DNA of 64,000 nucleotides from Waterburya sp. (GCA_965217895.1 CBDCJV010000002.1:32001-96000); one strand, 5' to 3'. Counted from the first letter of the stretch, positions 20,019 to 32,168 are shown. A program made the numbers and translations. Notes: generated by a model from the sequence alone, not told the origin.

Positions 20019-21479
20019 TTAACTTTGTCCTGGTTGAGCAATAGTAACATCTACCAGATTTACCTCTTGTTCTAGGCTGCTTAAAACTGGCTTCATTGCC
20101 TGGCGATTGCCTACTACTAAAGTAACTATTTGATTTGGTTGAAGATATTTTTGAGCCACCTTTAAAATATCTTCTTCATCTGTATTTTTCACCTTGTCCT
20201 GATATTTAAAGATAAAATCTTCTGGATAATCAAAGTATTCGTAACGAATCAAACGAGAAAGGGTCTGATTGGGATTTTCAAAGTTAAACACAAAAGAGTT
20301 GAGAATTGATTCTTTGGCATTGGCTAATTCTTTTTCTGTAACTAGACCATTACGTAGCTTTTTAATCTGACTAACAACAGCTTTAATAAAAGGAACAGTA
20401 TTATTGGTTTGGGTTTGTCCTCCTGCAATAAATAAACCGTCGTAATCATAATTAGGACTCCAGGCTCCGTATACGCTGTATGCCAAACCCTGGCGCGATC
20501 GCACTTCGTTAAATAAGCGTCCGCCAAAACCATTTAAAACGCCATTTAAAACGCTTAATGCTGGATAATCTGGACTGTTAAGCTGCCCTCCAATGTGACC
20601 CATTAAAACGTTGCTCTGAGTTGCCTGGGGGCGATCGACCACAAAAATACCCCGATCTACTTCTTGGGTTGCTGCGGGTGCTTCTAAATCTGGTAGAGAA
20701 GTATCAACCTGCCAATCACCAAAAGCAGCCTGCACTTTTTTGAGCATCCGATCGGAATCAAAGTCCCCGACTATACCTAAAATTATGCTCTGGGGACGAA
20801 CATAGTTTTGATAAAAGCCAATTACATCTGGGCGAGAAATATTTGCCAAAGTAGCATATTCTTCAGTTCGCGCATAGGGGCTAGTTGCACCATAAATTAG
20901 CTTATCAAATTCACGACTAGCAATATCTTGAGGATCGTCGTTACGGCGAGCAATTCCTCCTGCTTCTTGTTTTTTGGCGATCGCAAATTGGTCGGCAGCG
21001 AAAGCTGGCTGACGCAATACTTCGGTAAATAGAGAGAAAACTGTGTCTAAATCTTCGGTGAGAGTATCAAAGCTGGCACTACCTGACGTATCGCCAATAC
21101 TAGTTTCGACGCTAGCTGCTTTTTGTTCCAAGATTAAATTCAACTCGGCTGCGGGATGATTTTCTGTACCGCCACTACGCATTACAGTGCCTGTTAGACT
21201 GGCTAAGCCGACTTTGTTAGCAGGTTCAAAACGAGATCCAGTGCGAATCAAAGCCGTACCGCTGATTAAAGGTAAATCTCGATCTTCCATAAGATAAACC
21301 ACCATGCCATTATCTAATTCATAACGTTCATAATCGGGAATCTGAATTTCTGGCGGGGTTGAAAATTTTAATTCTGTGTAGTGTTTAGGAGTATCAGCGA
21401 TCGCAGGAAGCCGAATCGCAAATGATAAGAAAATTGTCAGTAACCCCAAACTCAACCAAGAAACTAGTCTTCTACTCAT
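20019..21479 (-). CDS. M16 (pitrilysin) family peptidase, non-catalytic-type subunit
   Basis: LDNGMVVYL, GS..EP and RLFNEVRSRQGLAY motifs; no HxxEH. Signal peptide follows ATG 21479. Confidence 0.88.
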   Translation of the reverse strand: MSRRLVSWLSLGLLTIFLSFAIRLPAIADTPKHYTELKFSTPPEIQIPDYERYELDNGMVVYLMEDRDLPLISGTALIRTGSRFEPANKVGLASLTGTVMRSGGTENHPAAELNLILEQKAASVETSIGDTSGSASFDTLTEDLDTVFSLFTEVLRQPAFAADQFAIAKKQEAGGIARRNDDPQDIASREFDKLIYGATSPYARTEEYATLANISRPDVIGFYQNYVRPQSIILGIVGDFDSDRMLKKVQAAFGDWQVDTSLPDLEAPAATQEVDRGIFVVDRPQATQSNVLMGHIGGQLNSPDYPALSVLNGVLNGFGGRLFNEVRSRQGLAYSVYGAWSPNYDYDGLFIAGGQTQTNNTVPFIKAVVSQIKKLRNGLVTEKELANAKESILNSFVFNFENPNQTLSRLIRYEYFDYPEDFIFKYQDKVKNTDEEDILKVAQKYLQPNQIVTLVVGNRQAMKPVLSSLEQEVNLVDVTIAQPGQS

Positions 21480-21622
21480 ACATACATAATTTAATTTAAA
21501 AAGCCTTTCTATTGTATCGAGCCGGGATCGAACGCGGGGGAAGTTGCGCCGCCAAGCAGCTTGTCCAACCACCATTTATTTCTCTGTCTGCGAAATGCCC
21601 GTTAAGATTTTTTAATTTATAG

Positions 21623-21739
21623 ATTAGGACTTACGCAGTTTAACAAGTTTTGCCCCCCTAGCCCCCCAAATTTGGGGGAACAAGAATTAAAAGTCCCCCA
21701 AGCTTGGGGGATTTAGGGGGCGAGTGCGTAAGCCCTAAT
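21623..21739. mobile_element. MITE-like element with 15-bp TIRs and an internal poly-C/poly-G hairpin repeat
   Basis: ATTAGGACTTACGCA ... TGCGTAAGCCCTAAT (1 mismatch). Internal GCCCCCCTAGCCCCCCAAATTTGGGGG...CCCCCAAGCTTGGGGGATTTAGGGGGC. Confidence 0.75.
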
Positions 21740-22024
21740 AAATATTAAATTTCTAGTTATCTTTCTATTTTACTGTCCTCAATAAGCTGTTTCAATTCAA
21801 CAAGCTTTAATGGTTTTCCTCAGTGTTTTGAGTGCTTGTAGGTCTATCTGTTAGTTTTCACTATCTATTTGGGAACTCTTAAAAATAAGACTAAGGAAGT
21901 TCTCGTATTTCAGAATCAATCAACCCTTGGTTGCTCAGTTTGCCAAAGTACAGTAGTTATATCAAGCTACTAGCCTGAAAACACAACTTCTTAAATAAGT
22001 TAACTTATATTGAACTTACATAAA

Positions 22025-23704
22025 ATGGAATCAGCTAAAGTTGTTAATAAAATTCTGCTAGCTTCCCTTGCTTTTGGTGTAACCTTTGGTGTCGGAATGT
22101 TAGTAGCAAAAAATGAAAATTTTAAAAATGCCTTGATGGGTACAGGTGCAGCAGGATCTATGGCTTGCGTAGCGATCGCTTTAGCAGCTAACGGTAAAAA
22201 AGATTCTCAAGAAATTCAAAATGATAACGTATCAAATATTCAGCTATCCGAACTTAATAGTCAAAAATCTCAACTAGAGCAATCTTTAAACGAATCTACT
22301 GCAAAAATGGAAGCGGTAGAAATTGAAATCAACTCTCTACAAACCGAACACGATCAGCTATTAAGTGTAATTTCCAATTTAAATAATCAAAAGGAACAAC
22401 TAGAAGCAGAATCAAACAATTGGAATGAGAAAATTAATTCGGAAAAACAGGAATTAGAGGCAATAAGTAATCAGCTTATAACCAGTCAAAGACTGAAAGA
22501 AGAGTTAGACAAAAATATAGCTGACCTAGAAAGTCACAAGCAAAATTTAGACTTAGAGAAAGATAGTCTGCAAGCAGAAGCAGAAAAACTTTCATCTATG
22601 CAAGGACAACTGGATAATGTAATATCCCCCATTGAAGAAACTTCTACTAGTGTAGAAATTGAACAAGAATCAGAAGCACTATTTGATTCTGATGAATTTC
22701 TCGAAGAGGAAGATGAATCAGGAGAAAGTTTGGAAACAGAGATAAATCCATTTGCTAGCTTTTCTGAGGAATCGACAACAAACATAACTGAAAATACTTC
22801 AGATCTAGAATTAGCAGATCGACTACTTGGCTCATTTGATGAATCAGAGCTTCAATCATCTGATGACGTATCATCAACAATAGAAAATGTAATTGAAGAG
22901 TCTAATTTTGAATTAGAAGAAGAAACTTCTAATTCAGATGTATATGAAAATTTTTATCAATCTGATAAAGAGGAATCTTTGGCTGAAGTTGAATCTGACG
23001 ATTTGATCGGAGAATTTGAAGACGACAACTCCACGCAAAAACTAAGCTTTGATGAATCTCCCGAAGCCGAGTCTGATGAATTGATCATGGGGTTTGAGGA
23101 TGATGACAACTCTTCAGAAGCATTTAGTCTAGAGTCCGAGTCTGAAGAATTAAGCTTTGATGAATCTCCTGAAGCCGAAGCTGATGAATTGATGATGGGG
23201 TTTGATGATGGTAGTGAATCAGAGTCACAAGCATTTAGCCTAGAGTCCGAGTCTGAAGAATTGAGCTTTGATGAATCTCCTGAAGCCGAAGCTGATGAAT
23301 TGATGATGGGGTTTGATGATGGTAGTGAATCAGAGTCACAAGTATTTAGCCTAGAGTCCGAGTCTAAAGAATTAAGCTTTGATGAATCTCCCGAAGCCGA
23401 AGCTGATGAATTAATGATGGGATTTGAAGATGATGACAACTCTTCAGAGGAAATGAGCTTTGATGAATCTCCCGAAGCTGAATCTGATGAATTAATCATG
23501 GGATTTGAAGATGATGACTTGATACAAACAGATGAAGAATTAGATGATTTAAGTTCTTTAGAGTCAGTTGAAGAACAAATTGATATGTTGACTCAAATGT
23601 CTGATGAATCATTAGGAGAATTAAACGATTTATTAGATTCTGTCAAAGTAGACGATACTGAAGAAGAAAATCAAAAACTACATGAAATATATCGAGAAGA
23701 TTAA
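22025..23704 (+). CDS. Membrane-anchored coiled-coil protein with a highly acidic tandem-repeat C-terminus
   Basis: Two N-terminal hydrophobic segments, a ~130-aa coiled coil, then a D/E/S-rich tail. Confidence 0.8.
   Translation: MESAKVVNKILLASLAFGVTFGVGMLVAKNENFKNALMGTGAAGSMACVAIALAANGKKDSQEIQNDNVSNIQLSELNSQKSQLEQSLNESTAKMEAVEIEINSLQTEHDQLLSVISNLNNQKEQLEAESNNWNEKINSEKQELEAISNQLITSQRLKEELDKNIADLESHKQNLDLEKDSLQAEAEKLSSMQGQLDNVISPIEETSTSVEIEQESEALFDSDEFLEEEDESGESLETEINPFASFSEESTTNITENTSDLELADRLLGSFDESELQSSDDVSSTIENVIEESNFELEEETSNSDVYENFYQSDKEESLAEVESDDLIGEFEDDNSTQKLSFDESPEAESDELIMGFEDDDNSSEAFSLESESEELSFDESPEAEADELMMGFDDGSESESQAFSLESESEELSFDESPEAEADELMMGFDDGSESESQVFSLESESKELSFDESPEAEADELMMGFEDDDNSSEEMSFDESPEAESDELIMGFEDDDLIQTDEELDDLSSLESVEEQIDMLTQMSDESLGELNDLLDSVKVDDTEEENQKLHEIYRED
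23043..23517 (+). repeat. Five in-frame tandem repeats (periods ~108/111/111/81 bp) encoding SFDESPEAE(S/A)DEL(I/M)MGF
   Basis: AGCTTTGATGAATCTCC(C/T)GAAGC recurs five times. Confidence 0.92.
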
Positions 23705-23747
23705 ACCTAATTTCTAATCATGCTTTTGTTCATCAAACATTTTGTAC

Positions 23748-23778
23748 AAAGACTCAGAAAAACCTGGGTCTTTTTTTA
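23748..23778 (+). terminator. Putative intrinsic terminator
   Basis: AAAGACTCAG-aaaaac-CTGGGTCTTT hairpin followed by a T-run. Confidence 0.6.
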
Positions 23779-23835
23779 TCGCTTTGCAATTCAAACATGA
23801 AGAATTGATAAACTGAATATTACACAGAGCAATCA

Positions 23836-24633
23836 ATGAGCATAGTAGAGACAAATATGGGAAGCGAACAAATTACTTTACTCTCTAGTCGAGAAATTGA
23901 AAAGATGCGTCGAGCAGGAGCTTTAGCCGCAGAACTACTAGATTTCTTAGCACCAATGGTTAAACCTGGAGTAACTACCATAGAAATTAATGATGCCGCC
24001 GAGAAATGGACACAGGAAAGAGGTGCAATTAGCGCACCTTTGGGATATGGTCCTACAGATAATCCTTTTACTGCTTCAGTTTGCACCAGCGTTAATGAGG
24101 TGATTTGTCATGGAATTCCTAACGCTAAACAAATACTAAAAAATGGCGACATTATTAATATTGATGTAACCCCGATTGTAGATGGCTATCATGGCGACAC
24201 TTCTAGAACTTTTTTTGTTGGTACTCCTTCGGATACAGCTAAAAAACTGGTTGAAGTCACAGAAGAATGTTTAAAAAGAGGAATCGCAGCCGTAAAACCA
24301 GGTGCCAGAATTTATGATATTGGCATAGCAATTCAACAGTATGCTGAGTCACAAGGTTTTTCTGTAGTCAGAGATTTTGTAGGGCATGGAGTTAGCCATA
24401 TTTTTCATACCGCACCTCAAATTCCCCACTATCACGATCCAAGACAGAAACGGAAATTCAAACCAGGAATGGTATTTACTATTGAACCAATGATTAACGA
24501 AGGGACTTGGGAAGCTGTGATGCTTGATGATGGTTGGACAGCAGTTACCAAAGATGGCAGGCTTTCTGCTCAATTTGAACATACCATTGCAGTTACCAAA
24601 GACGGGGTGGACATCTTAACTTTACCGAATTAA
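23836..24633 (+). CDS. map: Methionine aminopeptidase type I
   Basis: [34 protein letters not shown] and AQFEHT motifs. Confidence 0.97.
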   Translation: MSIVETNMGSEQITLLSSREIEKMRRAGALAAELLDFLAPMVKPGVTTIEINDAAEKWTQERGAISAPLGYGPTDNPFTASVCTSVNEVICHGIPNAKQILKNGDIINIDVTPIVDGYHGDTSRTFFVGTPSDTAKKLVEVTEECLKRGIAAVKPGARIYDIGIAIQQYAESQGFSVVRDFVGHGVSHIFHTAPQIPHYHDPRQKRKFKPGMVFTIEPMINEGTWEAVMLDDGWTAVTKDGRLSAQFEHTIAVTKDGVDILTLPN

Positions 24634-25565
24634 TATTCTGAACGACGAATATTAAAACAGCACCAGTCTTTTCTTTTCCACAGTGCTGCAACAGTCCATC
24701 CCTGCTGTTCTACAACATCAGCGACCCGATCGGCTTGAGTTAATAAAATTCCACTTAAAATTGCCCAGCTTTTTTCGTGGGTAATGTTATTGAAATGAAT
24801 AACCAAATCGACGATGGTATCAGCAAGAATATTACAAATAATGCCATCAAATTTTTTATCTACTTCAATTAATTGTTCAATGCTACCATCGCGGACAATC
24901 AAATTATCCCGATTGACTTGGTTTAATTGACAATTACCTCGGCAAGTTTTGGTAGCTAATGCGTCAGTATCAACTGCATAAACTTGCTTTGCACCAAGCA
25001 TAATTGAACCTATAGACAAAATTCCCGATCCACAACCTATATCTGCTATGGTCTGGCTTTGGGGGTTTTCATACAGTCGCATCTCTAGAGATTCAAGACA
25101 CAATTGTGTAGTAGGATGAGTTCCTGTTCCAAAAGCTGCGCCAGGATCGAGACGCAAAACCAATTTATCAGATTTCTCTGGAGGAGTTTCCCAAGCTGGA
25201 TAAATCAAAAAGAGATCGCCAATTTCCATGGGTTGCCAGTGCTGCTTCCAGCTACTTGCCCAGTCTTCTTCATTTATTAAATGCCATTGAGCTTCTGGAA
25301 CTGATACTTCTAATAATTTGGCATCTTGCTCTAACCAAGAGGATAAAGCTGCCAAATCTAGTAGCTGAGTTGTTATTTCAGGAATATACGTCCGAATTAA
25401 GATTTGTCGATCTGTTATTAGTTCCGACTCTGAATTATTTTCGTTGTTTAAAATTTTGACTTCAGTAGCTGTTCCAGAACAACCAAACTTTTCAAGTCTC
25501 CAAAAGACTGATTCTTCCAGTATTGGTTCGCATTTTATGACGATCTCCCACCAGCGATTAGACAT
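24630..25565 (-). CDS. prmA: Ribosomal protein L11 methyltransferase
   Basis: [25 protein letters not shown] and LSGIL motifs. Start MSNRWW at 25565. Confidence 0.95.
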   Translation of the reverse strand: MSNRWWEIVIKCEPILEESVFWRLEKFGCSGTATEVKILNNENNSESELITDRQILIRTYIPEITTQLLDLAALSSWLEQDAKLLEVSVPEAQWHLINEEDWASSWKQHWQPMEIGDLFLIYPAWETPPEKSDKLVLRLDPGAAFGTGTHPTTQLCLESLEMRLYENPQSQTIADIGCGSGILSIGSIMLGAKQVYAVDTDALATKTCRGNCQLNQVNRDNLIVRDGSIEQLIEVDKKFDGIICNILADTIVDLVIHFNNITHEKSWAILSGILLTQADRVADVVEQQGWTVAALWKRKDWCCFNIRRSEY

Positions 25566-25661
25566 GAATTTTCTTAGGTTATGAGTTTTATACGGATTAT
25601 CTAACGTTGAACCTGAATGGTATTTTTTAACCAACGATCTGTAGTCATTTTCGCTATCTAA

Positions 25662-25761
25662 ATACCGATTTAAATTTTAAATATGACAGATGATTTGTGT
25701 AGAGGCTATTCGCAAATAACCTCTACAAGGTATATGTAAGAAATACTGTTTAATTTGGTAT
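25662..25761. repeat. MITE-like element with an internal GTAG-type REP hairpin
   Basis: Ends ATACCGATTTAAA / TTTAATTTGGTAT. Internal TGTAGAGG-CTATTCGCAAATAA-CCTCTACA at 25698-25727. Confidence 0.6.
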
Positions 25762-26116
25762 AAGTTTGATCTTGCTCAACAGGACAGCAAAGTAATCTAT
25801 GACTATTGAGGCTTATAATGTAATTAGGCATTTTTTGACTTAGTTATTTTAGTGATCTCAGAGCCAAATAAGCAAAAGATAGTCTTTTCCTCACTACTGT
25901 ATGCCAAGATTTCAGCTTTACCCACTTTTTATGGTTCTGTTGATAGTTTTCCCAATATTGTTAAACAATTCATCAATACTAAAGAATTTAAGTCAGTAAG
26001 TTGTTTAAATCTTATTCGCCTAACAATAAAATTGGCGAAATCTACGATAACTTAAAAGTCAATAGTAGATTTCACCAATAAATATTACCTAGACATTATC
26101 TTGACGCGATGATTAA

Positions 26117-27712
26117 TTATGCAGATAACTTCACAGTATAAGCATCTCTAATCCCGTCTACCTTAGTGATTTCTTGCAAAATGCCTTCAGGTAATGGATC
26201 GTCTAAGCTTAGAACCATTACTGCTTCTCCTCTAACAATCTTACGACCAACCTGCATACTGGCAATATTGACGTTATAACTACCCAATAAAGAGCCAATT
26301 TTGCCGATAATTCCTGGCATATCTCTATGAAGAGTAAACAACATATAATCGTTAGGTGGAACGTTGATGGGAAACTCATCTAAGCTGGTAATTCGTATTT
26401 CCCCTTCACTTAACAACGCTCCTGTAACTGAATGCTTACCGTTGGCTCCTTGAGCTTCTATACGCAGAGAACCTCCAGAATAGTCACGGGTCGAGCTATC
26501 TTTAGTTTCAATAACTCTAATGCCTCTTTCTTGGGCTTCTATTGCTGCGTTGACATAATTAACCCTCTCTCTCAAAGCCTCGGATAGCAATCCTTTTAAA
26601 GCAGCAACAATTAGTGGTTGACTATCGTTGTTAGCCAATTCTCCCTGTAGACGAATATTTAACTGGTCAATTCTTCCTCCAGCTAACTGACCAGCCATTG
26701 TGCCTAAAGTCTCTGCTAATCTTAAGTATGGTCGTAGTTTTTCCATTACATCTGGGTTCAAACCAGGAATGTTAACTGCCGAACGAGCAGGAAGACCTAA
26801 CAAAACATCTCTTATCTGCTCTGCAACATCGATCGCCACATTTACCTGAGCTTCTGCTGTGGAAGCTCCTAAATGAGGGGTCAGAACTAAATTTGAACCA
26901 ACTACCGTCAACGCTGATTCTCCTAAAGGTTCATTGGCATAAACATCTAAAGCAGCACCACCAATTTTTCCTGCTTGAAGTGCTTCTGCCAAGGCAACTT
27001 CATCAATAATGCCACCACGAGCGCAGTTAATAATACGAGCATGAGGCTTCATTTTAGCTAGTGCTTCGGCATTAATCAAATTGGCAGTTTCTGGAGTTTT
27101 GGGAATGTGCAGAGTAATATAATCTGCTTCTTTAAAAAGCAAATCTAAATCTACCAGGCTACAGCCTAGTCTTTCTGCTCTTTCTGCTGAAACAAATGGA
27201 TCGTAAGCCAGTAATTTCATGTCCATTGCCCGTGCCACCTTAGCAACGTGCGCGCCAATTTTTCCTAAACCAACTACACCAAGAGTTTTCTTGTAAACTT
27301 CATTACCAACGAATTTCTTACGCTCCCATTTGCCACTTTTGACAGATTGGTTGGCATCAGGAATTTGGCGAGATAAAGCTAGCATCATTGCTAAAGCGTG
27401 TTCGGCAGCAGCAATAGTATTCCCTTCTGGAGAGTTGACCACGACAATACCATGACGCGTAGCAGCTTTAACATCAATGTTGTCTACTCCTACTCCTGCA
27501 CGCCCAATAATTTTGAGGTTTGTACCAGCTTCAATAACCTCTGCTGTAACTTTAGTACCCGATCGCAACATTAAAGCATCATATTCGGGAATTATTTTGA
27601 TTAGTTCTTCTAAAGGTAACTTGGTTTTTACGTCTACTTCGGCGACTTGAGAGATAATATCGATACCAGCTTGATCGATAGGATCGGAGACGAGAACTTT
27701 TGCCATAGTCAT
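26117..27712 (-). CDS. serA: D-3-phosphoglycerate dehydrogenase
   Basis: GRAGVGVDNID, GLGKIG, NCARGG and TPHLGAST motifs; C-terminal ACT domain. Confidence 0.97.
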   Translation of the reverse strand: MTMAKVLVSDPIDQAGIDIISQVAEVDVKTKLPLEELIKIIPEYDALMLRSGTKVTAEVIEAGTNLKIIGRAGVGVDNIDVKAATRHGIVVVNSPEGNTIAAAEHALAMMLALSRQIPDANQSVKSGKWERKKFVGNEVYKKTLGVVGLGKIGAHVAKVARAMDMKLLAYDPFVSAERAERLGCSLVDLDLLFKEADYITLHIPKTPETANLINAEALAKMKPHARIINCARGGIIDEVALAEALQAGKIGGAALDVYANEPLGESALTVVGSNLVLTPHLGASTAEAQVNVAIDVAEQIRDVLLGLPARSAVNIPGLNPDVMEKLRPYLRLAETLGTMAGQLAGGRIDQLNIRLQGELANNDSQPLIVAALKGLLSEALRERVNYVNAAIEAQERGIRVIETKDSSTRDYSGGSLRIEAQGANGKHSVTGALLSEGEIRITSLDEFPINVPPNDYMLFTLHRDMPGIIGKIGSLLGSYNVNIASMQVGRKIVRGEAVMVLSLDDPLPEGILQEITKVDGIRDAYTVKLSA

Positions 27713-27986
27713 GAATTGTAGTCTAATTCCCTTGCGTCTTGTTTTTTCACCTATAAACTCAATTCTTTATGCTTGAGAGTAGCAAAACATTCGCCACTCT
27801 CACCAATATTTTCAAACCTCTTGCTCTAGGTTTTTGTTATTGCTTGAGTCAGTGCAATAGACCATTGTAAAGGTAAAAGTAGCTTGGAGTTTATTTTTGT
27901 TAAGAATATTTTGGATTTGCTGTTGCTCTCTTATATTGATTGATCTCAAAAAACTTAGACCTTTTCAGCTCAAAAATAGCTGATAG

Positions 27987-29477
27987 CTACACGGCTTGAG
28001 GCAAAAGCTTTGCTAGGGCTTCAATTTTTTGACGTAGACTCACTAATATTTTTTTGAGCCATAAGGGTGTTGACGATTTTGGCTCTGATTTTAATGTATC
28101 GGCTGATTCAGTTTCTGGAATTCTAATGGTAATCTGCTGTTGGGTTATTTCTACGGATTCAGGTTGAGGTATTTCAATTTTTGCTAATGGCTCTGATCGA
28201 TCTGAATTGGTTTCATTTTTTTTTGTTTTATCTGTGTTGACCTTCTCTATTTTTGGTTCAAGGTCTTTGTTGCCAGAAGAATAGTTAAAGTTATCTGCTT
28301 GTTTTTCTTGAGTAATTACTTGATTGTTAATGTTAGTTGTTGGCTCAATAGTTGTTTGTACCTCATCGCTGTTTTCGGGCGTTAATTTTGAATCTTCACT
28401 GTTTGGATTAGGAGTAATCATGCCGATTGAATTAGACTGGTCGCTTAATTGCTCTTCGTTTTTTATTTCTGGCTCAGGTTTAACAATGTTTGCTGAATTC
28501 TCAGCAGCATTTTCCAACTCAATTAATTCTTCTGGTGTTTGGATAGTTTCTAGTATTTTTACAGGCTGAATACTATCTTTTTCTATTATGGATTGAGCTT
28601 CGGCTAAAGATACTTGATTAGTTACTAACAGGTCTAAAGTATTTTGTTGCTGGGGATCGTAATTAATTACCCTCACCGTATTATTGAAACTATTTTCAAT
28701 GTCATTGCCAGCTTCATCAATTAATTCTAGCTGAATCCAATTTTCACCTAATTTTAATCCTGTTAAATAAACAGGCTGCCAATTTTCGAGCATAAAACTT
28801 TCTCCGTTTACTGTTGCTCTGATACGCCAATCTTTTAGATTAGGATTACTTTTGGCGATCGCGTGTAAAGGGGCATTTGTTAAATAAAAATCAATTAAGA
28901 ATGGTTCTGCACCATAAGTTCCTGTGGGATTGCTATAGGTCAGCAAAGGCAAATTAGGATCGGTACGATTGTTGTTGGTTTCTGTGATTACACTAAAGGT
29001 TACTTGAGCATAAGCACCATCATTTTTGAAGCTTTCTCCCCAGGGACGAGAGGCAAATACTCTCAAACTATGAGTTCCAGGGCTTAAATCCTTGAGAATA
29101 ATCGGTTTTTCTAAATCGTATATTGATTGAGAGGGCTGATTATCTAAAATCAAAGCTAAATGATTTCCTAGTTTTAATTTTTTGTCTTGAAAGATTGGTA
29201 AATCCTTTACCTGTAGCTGAACACTGATATCTGTTTGCTTAAACACTTTGTCGGCTTGAGGAGCAATAATCCTTACTTGAGGAGTAAATTTTTCTAGGTC
29301 TTGGTTTAACTCCTTGATGATTTTAGGCGTGGCTGTTTCAGCTAGATTACTGTTGGTAGCATTTACAAATATGGTGTTTCCCAGGCGATCGCTAAAAGAA
29401 TTATCCACATTTACTTGTCCGCAACTTATTAAACAACTCAAACAGGCTAACAATAAACAAAATCTAATAGTATTCAT
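27987..29477 (-). CDS. Conserved cyanobacterial hypothetical lipoprotein with a low-complexity C-terminus
   Basis: Lipobox LISC; PGTHSLRVFASRPWGESFKN and DFYLTNAPLH blocks. Confidence 0.8.
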   Translation of the reverse strand: MNTIRFCLLLACLSCLISCGQVNVDNSFSDRLGNTIFVNATNSNLAETATPKIIKELNQDLEKFTPQVRIIAPQADKVFKQTDISVQLQVKDLPIFQDKKLKLGNHLALILDNQPSQSIYDLEKPIILKDLSPGTHSLRVFASRPWGESFKNDGAYAQVTFSVITETNNNRTDPNLPLLTYSNPTGTYGAEPFLIDFYLTNAPLHAIAKSNPNLKDWRIRATVNGESFMLENWQPVYLTGLKLGENWIQLELIDEAGNDIENSFNNTVRVINYDPQQQNTLDLLVTNQVSLAEAQSIIEKDSIQPVKILETIQTPEELIELENAAENSANIVKPEPEIKNEEQLSDQSNSIGMITPNPNSEDSKLTPENSDEVQTTIEPTTNINNQVITQEKQADNFNYSSGNKDLEPKIEKVNTDKTKKNETNSDRSEPLAKIEIPQPESVEITQQQITIRIPETESADTLKSEPKSSTPLWLKKILVSLRQKIEALAKLLPQAV

Positions 29478-29906
29478 CGATCCTTATCTATAACTTATTC
29501 ATAAAAAGCTTGGGAAATCTTTTAACTGAATCCATACCAGCTTTCCCCCTATTACTAAATTACATCAGGATAGTAGCGATTTTGAGTCAGAGGGTTATAT
29601 TGTCGTTTGTAAAGATTTTTTGTTTTTTGTATACTTTTGCCTGAAAATGTCTGAGGTGCAAACCTAGTCAGATCAATAGTCGCGTCCATTTAAAATTTTG
29701 TTAAGCTTTACCTATGTTGCTGAATTCTAAGTCTTATGATCAGATACAGTAATGCCTGTAGCTCGAAACCTAAAAACTATTAGGAGAAAGCAAGCTAAGG
29801 TTATATAAAAAGCAGTGATTTTCGCTCTTTTTACATAATAAAAAACTTGTTCTTCGGAGCAAGAAAATCTAAATCTAAAATCTATTGCCCTGAGAGGAGA
29901 ATCCTC

Positions 29907-32168
29907 ATGACAATCAGTCCTCAAAAAGAAGAGGCGAAAGTCAAGGTAACAGTTGATGTAGATCCAGTTCCTACTTCTTTCGAGAAGTGGGGCAAGCCAG
30001 GTCACTTTGACCGAACTTTAGCCAGAGGTCCTAAGACTACAACCTGGATCTGGAATCTTCACGCTGATGCTCACGATTTTGACAGTCATACCAGTGACTT
30101 AGAAGATATTTCGCGAAAAATATTTAGCGCACACTTTGGTCACCTCGCGGTGGTTTTTGTCTGGTTGAGCGGAATGTATTTCCACGGAGCCCGCTTTTCT
30201 AACTATGAAGCATGGCTTCTCGATCCAACCGCTATTAAGCCTAGTGCGCAGGTAGTCTGGCCCATTGTTGGTCAGGATATTCTTAATGCCGACGTTGGCG
30301 GTGGATTCCACGGAATTCAAATCACGTCTGGCTTCTTTTACCTTTGGAGAGCTTCTGGATTCACTAATAGCTTCCAGTTATACTGCACTGCTATTGGTGG
30401 TTTAGTGATGGCAGGTCTAATGATCTTTGCTGGCTGGTTTCACTACCACAAGAGAGCTCCTAAGCTGGAATGGTTCCAAAACGTGGAATCAATGATGAAT
30501 CACCACTTGGCTGGTTTGTTAGGCTTGGGTTCTCTAGGTTGGGCTGGACACCAAATCCACGTATCTCTACCAATCAACAAACTGTTAGATGCGGGAGTTG
30601 CCCCAGCAGACATTCCTCTGCCTCATGAGTTCATCTTAAATAAAGATTTGATGACGGAATTATACCCAAGTTTTGCAGAGGGTCTAAGACCTTTCTTCAC
30701 GCTTAACTGGGGCGTATATTCTGACTTTTTGACTTTTAAAGGTGGACTGAATCCTGTGACAGGCGGTTTGTGGCTATCAGATACAGCACACCATCACTTG
30801 GCGATCGCTGTCCTGTTTATTATCGCTGGTCATATGTACCGTACCAACTTTGGTATTGGTCACAGCATGAAAGAAATTTTAGATGGACATAAAGGCGATC
30901 CCCTATTGTTTGGTGGAGAAGGTCATAGAGGTCTATATGAAATCTTGACTACTTCATGGCACGCTCAGTTGGCAGTTAACCTTGCTATGCTAGGTTCTCT
31001 AACGATTATCGTGGCGCAGCATATGTACGCGATGCCTCCCTATCCGTATATGGCGACTGACTATGCTACTCAAATATCGCTGTTTACTCACCATATGTGG
31101 ATTGGTGCCTTCTTGATTGTTGGTGCGGGAGCGCACGCAGCTATTTATATGGTGCGTGACTACGACCCAGCCAAGAATGTAAATAACGTAGTTGACCGCG
31201 TACTTCGCGTTCGCGATGCAATTATTTCTCACCTTAATTGGGTCTGTATTTTCCTTGGCTTCCACAGCTTTGGTTTATATATTCATAATGACACCATGAG
31301 AGCTTTGGGTCGTCCCCAAGATATGTTCTCAGATACGGCGATTCAGCTACAGCCAATTTTTGCCCAGTGGGTACAGAATATTCATACTCTTGCTCCTGGT
31401 AATACTGCTCCTACAGCTTTAGAGCCAGTTAGCTATGCTTTTGGCGGTGGTGTAGTTGCAGTTGGTGGCAAAGTGGCAATGATGCCGATTGCTTTGGGTA
31501 CTGCTGACTTTATGGTTCACCACATCCACGCATTTACTATCCACGTAACTGTTTTAATTCTGTTAAAAGGCGTTCTCTACGCTCGTAGTTCTCGCTTGAT
31601 TCCAGATAAAGGCAACCTTGGTTTCCGCTTCCCTTGTGACGGACCTGGTCGTGGTGGTACTTGTCAAGTATCAGCTTGGGATCATGTATTCCTAGGCTTG
31701 TTCTGGATGTACAACTCTATCTCTGTAGTAATTTTTCACTTCAGTTGGAAGATGCAGTCGGATGTATGGGGAACGGTAGCACCAGATGGTACGGTGTCTC
31801 ATATTACGGCAGGCAACTTTGCTCAAAGTGCAATTTGTATTAACGGCTGGTTACGTGATTTCTTGTGGGCGCAGGCTTCTCAAGTTATCAATAGCTATGG
31901 TTCGGCTTTATCTGCTTATGGAATTATGTTCTTAGCAGGTCACTTTGTCTTTGCTTTTAGTCTCATGTTCCTCTTTAGTGGACGTGGCTACTGGCAAGAG
32001 TTGATTGAGTCGATTGTTTGGGCTCACAACAAGCTAAAAGTAGCTCCAGCTATTCAACCTCGCGCTTTGAGTATTACTCAAGGTCGTGCTGTGGGTGTAG
32101 CTCACTATCTTTTAGGAGGAATTGTTACTACTTGGGCATTCTTCTTAGCAAGGACGCTCTCGTTGTAA
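29907..32168 (+). CDS. psaA: Photosystem I P700 apoprotein A1
   Basis: MTISP start after an AGGAG RBS; FX loop [12 protein letters not shown]. Confidence 0.99.
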   Translation: MTISPQKEEAKVKVTVDVDPVPTSFEKWGKPGHFDRTLARGPKTTTWIWNLHADAHDFDSHTSDLEDISRKIFSAHFGHLAVVFVWLSGMYFHGARFSNYEAWLLDPTAIKPSAQVVWPIVGQDILNADVGGGFHGIQITSGFFYLWRASGFTNSFQLYCTAIGGLVMAGLMIFAGWFHYHKRAPKLEWFQNVESMMNHHLAGLLGLGSLGWAGHQIHVSLPINKLLDAGVAPADIPLPHEFILNKDLMTELYPSFAEGLRPFFTLNWGVYSDFLTFKGGLNPVTGGLWLSDTAHHHLAIAVLFIIAGHMYRTNFGIGHSMKEILDGHKGDPLLFGGEGHRGLYEILTTSWHAQLAVNLAMLGSLTIIVAQHMYAMPPYPYMATDYATQISLFTHHMWIGAFLIVGAGAHAAIYMVRDYDPAKNVNNVVDRVLRVRDAIISHLNWVCIFLGFHSFGLYIHNDTMRALGRPQDMFSDTAIQLQPIFAQWVQNIHTLAPGNTAPTALEPVSYAFGGGVVAVGGKVAMMPIALGTADFMVHHIHAFTIHVTVLILLKGVLYARSSRLIPDKGNLGFRFPCDGPGRGGTCQVSAWDHVFLGLFWMYNSISVVIFHFSWKMQSDVWGTVAPDGTVSHITAGNFAQSAICINGWLRDFLWAQASQVINSYGSALSAYGIMFLAGHFVFAFSLMFLFSGRGYWQELIESIVWAHNKLKVAPAIQPRALSITQGRAVGVAHYLLGGIVTTWAFFLARTLSL

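Noticed and set aside
22957..23499. 180-aa Ser-rich antisense ORF, or a CRISPR-like periodicity
   Set aside because: It is the shadow of the in-frame acidic repeats on the + strand, and the inter-repeat segments are homologous rather than unique spacers.
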